A stretch of DNA of 64,000 nt, taken from positions 47,018 to 111,017 of the forward strand of contig JBCCEF010000015.1 in the NCBI GenBank assembly GCA_039030395.1. Reading direction: 5' to 3'. The stretch is from Acidobacteriota bacterium (GTDB taxonomy: Bacteria; Acidobacteriota; Thermoanaerobaculia; Multivoradales; JBCCEF01). This document shows, piece by piece, positions 58,039 through 64,000 of this stretch (position 1 is the stretch's first letter; every line of letters starts with the position of its first letter). The position numbers and the translations under genes were made by a program. The notes under the pieces were generated by a model. It had not been told where the DNA came from, ran no database searches, and was given only the letters and a program-made list of their open reading frames with translations.

Positions 58039-58665
58039 CTACCTCTCGACCGCCGCCTGGGCCGCCAGTTCGAGCAGCCGTTCTCCCTCCATGAAGGTGG
58101 TGCGGTCGGCTTCGATCAGGAACTTGAGCACCGCGCGCTCGTAGCCTTCGTGGCGAATGAGAGTCGCCAACCGGGGGTGCAGTTCATCGGCCGGGTATTC
58201 CCATTCTTCGACCGTCACCTGGGTGACGTCGAAGGTCGGCGAGCGGGCCGGGGAGCGGGGCGACCAGGAGGGCGCCGTATGTTGGCTCAAGCGCAGAACC
58301 GAGGCAGCGCCGAAGAGGATCAGAGCACCCCCACGGGGGGTCATGCTGCCGCGCTTCCTACCCTGCCCGTAGAGCCGGTCGGCCGCCTCGAGGCGTTCCC
58401 AGAACTGCTCCTGGGCGGGGTTGATGGAATCCGACGGATCGGGATCCCGACGCTGCCAGAAGTCGATCAGAAATTGCGCCGCCTCCTCGTCCGTTCGCAC
58501 CGCCCGCAGGGCGCGCTTCTCCTCCGGCAGCATCAGCCAGTGTGCCGGGCCCCGGGCCCACTCGCGGAGGGTCTTCCGGGGATTGGCCGACGAGCTGGCG
58601 GGGAGCGAGAGGCTCCCCCCGACCAGCAGCGCGACGGCGATCCAGACGGGCGAACGTCTCATCAT
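58039..58665 (-). CDS. GWxTD-domain-like secreted protein
   Basis: Signal peptide MMRRSPVWIAVALLVGGSLSLPASS; FWQRRDPDP...RLYGQG...GALILFG resembles the GWxTD domain consensus. Confidence 0.45.
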   Translation of the reverse strand: MMRRSPVWIAVALLVGGSLSLPASSSANPRKTLREWARGPAHWLMLPEEKRALRAVRTDEEAAQFLIDFWQRRDPDPSDSINPAQEQFWERLEAADRLYGQGRKRGSMTPRGGALILFGAASVLRLSQHTAPSWSPRSPARSPTFDVTQVTVEEWEYPADELHPRLATLIRHEGYERAVLKFLIEADRTTFMEGERLLELAAQAAVER

Positions 58666-58741
58666 CCACGGACCTCGCGTAGCCCTGTCGGTACCCATCG
58701 CAACACCAGCGGCAGGCCAGGGAAGATGCGCTGCGGGGCAC

Positions 58742-59020
58742 TCAGTTGACGCTCCCGTCGTCCGGCGCCGGAGCCTCGCGGATGGGGCCGTGCTTCTCTT
58801 CGTACAGCTCCAGGTTCTTCTGGATGGCACTCAGAATGCGCTTGACGTGGCCGGGATTCGCCACCACCCGAGCGGTGACGATGCCCTGAGGCGGCACCAG
58901 ATTGATGAAGTCCAGGTAGAACTCTTCGCGCGTGTGGGTGATGCGGAGCAGATTCGAGTAGCGTCCTTTGAGCTCCTCATCGTCGATCTTGACGTTGACT
59001 CCGGCGGCGGGCTTGGCCAT
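58742..59020 (-). CDS. DUF3467 family protein
   Basis: VNVKIDDEELKGRYSNLLRITHTREEFYLDFINLVP...HVKRILSAIQKNLELYEEKHG matches the DUF3467 consensus closely. Confidence 0.6.
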   Translation of the reverse strand: MAKPAAGVNVKIDDEELKGRYSNLLRITHTREEFYLDFINLVPPQGIVTARVVANPGHVKRILSAIQKNLELYEEKHGPIREAPAPDDGSVN

Positions 59021-59090
59021 CCGACCTCCTTCTGATCTCGCTGTCGTGGCGGGTGAGCCGAGATGCATGCTATCGCACCGATGTAGCTCG

Positions 59091-60389
59091 CTACTCCGGC
59101 CCCTTGTCCCAGGAAACGGCAGGCGGAAACTCCCAACGGTGTTCGGGAAAATACACCCCGACGCCGCGTTCGCCGGCGGTCACGGTGAACGCCAACACCC
59201 GGCGGCGGTAGTCGTAGGGCACGCCGTCGCGGGTGTGGAGGGCAACGTCGACCAGATATTCGCCGGGCGCCAGGGAGAGCGCCGGGCAGGCGATGCGCAC
59301 CACCCCGTCGCCCTCCAGCCGGTCCGCCTCGAAGCCGGCGAGATCGGTGTTAGTGCCCCACACTTCCACTCCTCGCGGAGTGGAGATGGCGATGCCGAAA
59401 GCAAAGTCGTCCAAGGCCTTGGGCGCGTGCACTTCCAGCTCGAAGGCCGCCGCCTCGCCGGAGCGGAGAAGGTGGGTCTCCTCGCCGCTCGCGTTGCGCA
59501 ACCGTACCCGTGGGATCTCCGCCTCCCGGGAGCCCCAGCGTCGCGGGCTGTCGGCCGACCGTTCGGTGCCCTCCACCTCCGACGCTTCCGAGGCCTCATC
59601 TTCCTGCTCCTGCTGTTCACGGCGGTGCTCCTCCGCCTCTCCCTCGGCGACGGACTGACGATAGGCATCGATCATCCGGCGCGGTTCGCCGGTGCCCCGC
59701 GGCCGGCCGCCATCGAGCCACAGGATGCGGTCGCAGAGCTGCTCCATCAGGTCCAGCGAGTGGCTGACGAAGAGCAGCGTGCGGCCCTCCGCCAGGAACT
59801 CTTCGATCCGCCGCAAGCAGCGGTGGGAGAAGGCCTCGTCGCCAACGGACAGCACTTCGTCCACCAGCAGGATCTCCGGATCCGTGTGGATGGCGACGGC
59901 GAACCCCAGCCGCACATACATGCCCGACGAGTAGTTCTTGACCGGCTCTTCGATGAAGTTCGCCAGGCCGGAGAACTCGACGATGTCGTCGAAACGCTCC
60001 TCGATCTGCCGCCGCGAGAGACCGAGTACGGCGCCGTTGATGTAGATGTTTTCGCGCCCCGAGATCTCCGGATGGAAACCGGCGCCCAGCTCGATCAGGG
60101 CGGCGACGCGGCCGTTCACCTCGACGTTGCCGGCGGACGGCTGGAGGATGCCGGCGACGATCTTGAGTAAGGTGGACTTACCGGAGCCGTTGCCGCCGAT
60201 GATGCCGAAGGCCTGGCCCTTGGGCACCGAAAAGGACACCTCGTCGAGGGCGGCGATGGCTTCCTCCGGCCGCAGCCCGCCGATCAAGCTGCCGTCCAAC
60301 AGGGCGCTTTTCAGGGTCTTGAACTGGGCGCCGGGGGCCACCCGGCGATAGAGCTTGGAGAGCCCTTCGACTCGGATCGCGTCGCTCAC
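59091..60389 (-). CDS. ABC transporter ATP-binding protein, polysaccharide/teichoic-acid exporter type (Wzt/TagH/KpsT-like) with C-terminal substrate-binding extension
   Basis: Walker A GGNGSGKST, LSGGM-like YSSGMYVRL, Walker B LLVDE, and a C-terminal ~170-aa beta-rich extension. GTG start overlapping the upstream permease stop. Confidence 0.8.
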   Translation of the reverse strand: MSDAIRVEGLSKLYRRVAPGAQFKTLKSALLDGSLIGGLRPEEAIAALDEVSFSVPKGQAFGIIGGNGSGKSTLLKIVAGILQPSAGNVEVNGRVAALIELGAGFHPEISGRENIYINGAVLGLSRRQIEERFDDIVEFSGLANFIEEPVKNYSSGMYVRLGFAVAIHTDPEILLVDEVLSVGDEAFSHRCLRRIEEFLAEGRTLLFVSHSLDLMEQLCDRILWLDGGRPRGTGEPRRMIDAYRQSVAEGEAEEHRREQQEQEDEASEASEVEGTERSADSPRRWGSREAEIPRVRLRNASGEETHLLRSGEAAAFELEVHAPKALDDFAFGIAISTPRGVEVWGTNTDLAGFEADRLEGDGVVRIACPALSLAPGEYLVDVALHTRDGVPYDYRRRVLAFTVTAGERGVGVYFPEHRWEFPPAVSWDKGPE

Positions 60390-61189
60390 ACCGCCTCCAC
60401 CAGGGTGTTGCGCAGACGATCGAAGATCCAGGCGCCGACCACCCAGCAGAGCCAACTGATCACCGCCATGTGCAACCACAGGCTCCAGCCCGGCACGGTG
60501 CCGGCGAACAAGGTCTGCTGGTAGGCGAGGGTGAAGGGCGAAAAGGGGTTCGCCCACACCACCCAGGCGAGCGGGCGGATGGTCACCGCTTCCAGGGGAT
60601 AGAGGATCGGCGCCAGGAAGAACAGGAGCGTCAGCAGATTGGAGAGCAGGTCCCGGACGTCCTTGAAGTGCACATTGAGGGACGCCAACGCCAGCGCCAG
60701 GCCGGCCACCATCGGAATCTGCAGCAGGATCACCAGCGGCGCCAGCAGCATGCTCCAGCCACCGATCGGGTAGCCCATCGCCACCCCGACGGCCAGGGCG
60801 CCCAGCAGAATGGGGAGAGCGAAAAGGAAGTGAGCGAGGTTAGCGAACACCGAGACCATCGGCAGGATCTCGATCGGAAAGACCGCCTTGCGCAACAGAC
60901 CGGAGTTCGAGGCCAGCGACAGGGTGCCTTCGAGCATGGAACCGGAGGCCCAGATCCAGGGAAACAGGCCGGTCACCAGGAACAGCGCATAGGGCTCGAT
61001 GCTGCTGCCGAGGGGCCGCCGGAAAACGTAGCCGAAAACGAAGCTGTAGACCGCCAGCAACAGGAGCGGGTTGACCAGCGACCAGAAGAATCCCAGCAGG
61101 GAACCCCGGTAGCGGGCCTTGAGATCACGCACCGTCAGGGTGCCGAGGAGGCTGCGATGGCGAAAAAGCTGGAGGGCCGGGCGCAACAT
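60386..61189 (-). CDS. ABC-2 type transporter permease (Wzm/TagG/KpsM-like)
   Basis: Six predicted TM helices and an ABC-2 N-terminal motif (LTVRDLKARYRGSLLGFFWSLVNPLL). Coupled to the Wzt-like ATPase gene. Confidence 0.75.
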   Translation of the reverse strand: MLRPALQLFRHRSLLGTLTVRDLKARYRGSLLGFFWSLVNPLLLLAVYSFVFGYVFRRPLGSSIEPYALFLVTGLFPWIWASGSMLEGTLSLASNSGLLRKAVFPIEILPMVSVFANLAHFLFALPILLGALAVGVAMGYPIGGWSMLLAPLVILLQIPMVAGLALALASLNVHFKDVRDLLSNLLTLLFFLAPILYPLEAVTIRPLAWVVWANPFSPFTLAYQQTLFAGTVPGWSLWLHMAVISWLCWVVGAWIFDRLRNTLVEAV

Positions 61190-61402
61190 TTAGGGGGCTA
61201 GCCTGGATTTCTCACCGGCGACCGTAGCGAGAGGCCGTAGGTCGCTGGAGATGCAAGGCATCTGTGGGTTCTGCGCCGAAGGCGTCCTTTCGGTACGTCG
61301 AGAAGCAGGTTCCGCGGATAACGCAGCAGATTCAGTGGCATACGGACTCGCAGTAGGTGGACGGTGAGAAAGGCAGGCTCGGGATTCGAGGCGATGGCAA
61401 GC

Positions 61403-61434
61403 AAAGGAAAGGCCCGCGATGAAAATCGCGGGCC
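61403..61434 (-). terminator. Rho-independent-like terminator of the binding-protein gene
   Basis: On the minus strand: GGCCCGCGA ttttca TCGCGGGCC followed by TTTCCTTTGC. Confidence 0.5.
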
Positions 61435-61466
61435 GGGATCGGTCGGTGGGCGGGAAAGAAGGGCCG

Positions 61467-62684
61467 TCAGCCGCCCTGAGCGGCGGCGCGGGCCGCTTCG
61501 CGCTGACGACGTTTGAGTTCTTCCATCCGCTCCATCAGCTCCTTCTTCTTCTCCTCCATGCGCTTCTCGAAGTCCACCATGACGCCTTCCTCGACGCCGT
61601 AGACCCGCGGGAACTTGCCCACGTCGCCCTTCTCGTCGAACTGGATCGGGCCGCTCGCCCCGATGTAGTCCTGGAAGGCTCGAATTCCTTTGCGGAAATC
61701 GTTCGGCAAGCGGCTGTCCGCCTCCTTGAGGGCGACGCCGATCACACCGAAGGCGTCATAGGCCTGGGCCGCGAAGAGATTGGGCTCCTCGCCATAGGTT
61801 TCCCGGTAGGCCTCGACGAACTTCTTGACGTGGGGATCGTCGCTGTTCGGATCGAACAAACTCTGGGTCAACAGCACGCCCTCGGCATTCTCGCCGAGAC
61901 GCTCGATGACGTCGGCGGCGTTGAAGGCATGGGTGGTCAGAATGCGGCCATCGTAGTCGCGTTCGCGCAGGGTATCGATGATGCCGGCGATCTCGAAGGC
62001 GTAGTCCGCCACGTAGACCCCGTTCGGCTCCAGCTCCAGCACCTGGTCGATGAAGGGCTCGAAGTCCGTCGTACCGGTGGGGTACTCGATCACTCCCAGA
62101 ACCTCGCCGCCATAGCGCTCGAATTCGGTCTTGAAGACGTCCTGAATGCCGTTCGCATAGGGGGATTCCGCCGCCAAGATCACCACGGTTCCGAGCTCGA
62201 GCCCCTGGGCCGCGTAGTTGCCCATCTTCGCCCCCTCGCGGAAGTCCGACGGCGCGACCCGGAAGAAGTTCGAGGAAATGCCGGTCAGCCGTGGACTGGT
62301 GGCCGACGGCGAGATCATGATGCGGTCTTCCCGATCGAGCACCGGAACCATCTCCTCTGCCTCGGCAGAGGTGACGCCGCCGATGGCGACGAGGGAGCCT
62401 TCATCGTAGGTCGCCTCCAGCAGCTCGGCGGCGCGCTCGGCATTGCTCTCGGAATCGCGGATGTCGAGAGCGATGTCGAACCGCCGGTCGGAGTCTTCCG
62501 CCAGATGGGTCGCCGCCAATTCGATGCCCTGTTTGATGGGAACACCGTAGACGTCCCACTGGCCGGTCAACGGCAGGACGACGCCCACCTGCACCGGCCG
62601 ATCCGGATCGCACGCGCCGGCGGCCAGTGCGAGGATGCCCACTGCGAGAAAAGCCTTGTAATTGCGAGTCATAGCTCGATACAC
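61467..62684 (-). CDS. ABC transporter substrate-binding lipoprotein, branched-chain amino acid (LivJ/LivK, Peripla_BP_6) type, with C-terminal Lys/Glu-rich coiled-coil tail
   Basis: Lipobox ...LAAGAC. VGVVLPLTGQWDVYGVPIKQGIELA start typical of Leu/Ile/Val-binding protein folds. Unusual C-terminal ...EKRMEEKKKELMERMEELKRRQREAARAAAQGG. Confidence 0.75.
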   Translation of the reverse strand: MYRAMTRNYKAFLAVGILALAAGACDPDRPVQVGVVLPLTGQWDVYGVPIKQGIELAATHLAEDSDRRFDIALDIRDSESNAERAAELLEATYDEGSLVAIGGVTSAEAEEMVPVLDREDRIMISPSATSPRLTGISSNFFRVAPSDFREGAKMGNYAAQGLELGTVVILAAESPYANGIQDVFKTEFERYGGEVLGVIEYPTGTTDFEPFIDQVLELEPNGVYVADYAFEIAGIIDTLRERDYDGRILTTHAFNAADVIERLGENAEGVLLTQSLFDPNSDDPHVKKFVEAYRETYGEEPNLFAAQAYDAFGVIGVALKEADSRLPNDFRKGIRAFQDYIGASGPIQFDEKGDVGKFPRVYGVEEGVMVDFEKRMEEKKKELMERMEELKRRQREAARAAAQGG

Positions 62685-62867
62685 CCCAGTCTCTCGAGTT
62701 CGTGATCGGACGCCCCGGAGTTCTAACCCAGGCCTCCGACGAGTGTCAAGGAAGCCCTAGTCTACTGAACGGCCTCCAAATCGGCGCCGAAACCGGTCTC
62801 GGCGGCGGCAAATCCACCGCAATCGGACCCGTCTGCTGACGGATTAGACCCGCTCACCTCTAGAATA

Positions 62868-63182
62868 GTGCCCATGGGCGAAACGAAAAAACTCTCCGTG
62901 TCCTGCCCCGAATGTGGATGTGACCTGGTGATCGACGCCGCCACCGGAGAGATCCTCTCCCACCGATCCGCCGCCAAACCGATCGCCGGCGGCGCCTCCT
63001 TCGACGATCTACTGGCCGGCATCGACAAGGGCAAGGAGCGGGCCGAACAGGTCTTCGAGCGCGAACAAGCGGCGATGAAGGACCGCGACCGGCTGCTGGA
63101 AGAGAAGTTCAAAGAAGCCCTCAAGCGGGCCGAAGAAGACCCCGACGACACCCCCCCGAAGAGCCCCTTCGATTTCGACTGA
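62868..63182 (+). CDS. Small zinc-ribbon hypothetical protein
   Basis: CPECGC...(H) putative zinc-ribbon at the N-terminus, charged helical C-terminus; sits in the divergent promoter region. Confidence 0.4.
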   Translation: MPMGETKKLSVSCPECGCDLVIDAATGEILSHRSAAKPIAGGASFDDLLAGIDKGKERAEQVFEREQAAMKDRDRLLEEKFKEALKRAEEDPDDTPPKSPFDFD

Positions 63183-63310
63183 ACCCCCCTAGATTCGCGC
63201 AGCAGTCGAAAGGGGAGCGGCAGCGTCCCCGAAGAGCCCCTTCGATTTTGACTGCCCCCCCAGGGGTAAGCCACTAGGTCCAGCCACCAACTACAAGACA
63301 GAAGAGTTTC

Positions 63311-63344
63311 TTGACTCATAGATTCTATAATTCTAAAATCTATG
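63311..63344 (+). promoter_or_regulatory. Sigma70-like promoter (TTGACT-17-TAAAAT) overlapped by an 8-bp perfect inverted repeat (operator candidate)
   Basis: TTGACT at 63311-63316, TAAAAT at 63334-63339. CATAGATT (63317-24) and AATCTATG (63337-44) form an inverted repeat in a locally AT-rich island upstream of the RHH/XRE gene pair. Confidence 0.45.
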
Positions 63345-63474
63345 ATTGGTGACAGATGCGGCGGCAGCGTTCGCCTACGGCGGCGGGGACGAAAACCGAG
63401 CGACGCGGAGGAGTTGGTGATGCGGCTGGACGACTCGCCCGAGGGGCCGCTGAAAACGGACGAAGGAGCAAAGA

Positions 63475-63699
63475 ATGGCGGCACGCAAGAAGAGTGACGG
63501 CCCGAAGCTGGAGCAGTTCACGATGCGGCTGACGCCGGCCGCCAAAGAGCGGCTGATGGCGATCTCACAGCTCGAGGGCGAGACGGCCTACGCGATCCTG
63601 GAGCGCGCCTTCTGGTGCTGGTGGGAACGTGATCTGGATGGCAAGAAGCGAGAGGCGGTGGAGCGTTTCGCGACGGCGGTCGAGACTTTGCGTGACTGA
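63475..63699 (+). CDS. Small ribbon-helix-helix (CopG/Arc-like) protein
   Basis: KLEQFTMRLTPAAKERLMAISQLEG is a typical RHH beta-strand/helix start. RBS gaaggag 7 nt upstream. Confidence 0.45.
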   Translation: MAARKKSDGPKLEQFTMRLTPAAKERLMAISQLEGETAYAILERAFWCWWERDLDGKKREAVERFATAVETLRD

Positions 63700-63708
63700 G
63701 GGCGGAGC

Positions 63709-64000
63709 GTGAGCGTCAAGGACGGGATAGGAGAGGACCGCCGGTCGGCCTTCGAAGGGTTGCCGGCGGCGCTGCGCTGGCTGCGTCGTTGTCAAGGGCT
63801 AACGCAGGGCGAGGTCGCCCGGTCGGCGGGAATCGACGCCGCGATGGTGAGCCGGTACGAGCGCGGCGAAGCCATGCCGCAGCTCGCTACCCTCGGCCGG
63901 TTGCTCGAAGGCATGGAGGCTTCGTTGATCTTGCTGGGCCACGCCCTCCGGGTGGTACGCGGGGAGCCGGGGGAGAACGAGCCGCTGCGGCTGTCGGCGG
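63709..64000 (+). CDS. XRE-family helix-turn-helix transcriptional regulator (partial, runs off the right edge)
   Basis: LRRCQGLTQGEVARSAGIDAAMVSRYERGEAMPQLATLGRLLEGMEASL is a classic HTH_XRE. GTG start assumed. Confidence 0.6.
   Translation, partial: MSVKDGIGEDRRSAFEGLPAALRWLRRCQGLTQGEVARSAGIDAAMVSRYERGEAMPQLATLGRLLEGMEASLILLGHALRVVRGEPGENEPLRLSA

Noticed and set aside
61419-62705. 428-aa plus-strand ORF
   Set aside because: Antisense to the Liv-type substrate-binding protein gene.

Overview
High-GC (~68%) bacterial chromosomal segment; the gene content (PadR with an ADOP-type duplicated permease, a DUF1800/DUF1501 pair, an ECF sigma factor, many multiheme cytochromes, Hanks-type kinases) suggests an Acidobacteriota-like organism, though no taxon can be proven from the sequence alone. 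The window has three parts. (1) 1-21.6 kb is ordinary chromosome: HAF-repeat protein, wHTH-TPR regulator, PadR-ADOP permease, cyclase, ECF sigma module, DUF1800/DUF1501, AraC, amidohydrolase, asnB. It carries three gene remnants: a VapC C-terminus, a truncated threonine-dehydratase-like gene, and a partial DUF1501 duplicate. (2) 21.6-28.7 kb is a compositionally distinct low-GC island. It begins with a tyrosine recombinase and carries a SAM-methyltransferase, a clavaminate-synthase-like Fe/2OG oxygenase, and a 1314-aa CHAT(caspase-like)-NB-ARC-WD40 STAND NTPase, a candidate defence / programmed-cell-death module. (3) 29-46.8 kb is a dense cluster of three multiheme c-type cytochromes (5, 8 and 10 CxxCH) around a predicted outer-membrane beta-barrel, plus a cNMP-binding/4Fe-4S protein, a His-containing membrane protein, FHA-domain proteins (one fused to an FAD oxidoreductase and ferredoxin-like domain), a receiver-Ser/Thr-kinase fusion, a hybrid histidine kinase and a CheY-like regulator. 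This looks like a porin-cytochrome electron conduit under phospho-signalling control and is the most likely undescribed system here. A ~190-bp structured intergenic repeat occurs in four copies between 42 and 51 kb. The right end holds ettA, an M1 aminopeptidase, a Wzm/Wzt-type ABC exporter, a Liv-type binding protein and small RHH/XRE regulators behind a promoter-operator palindrome. No rRNA, tRNA or CRISPR array was found.
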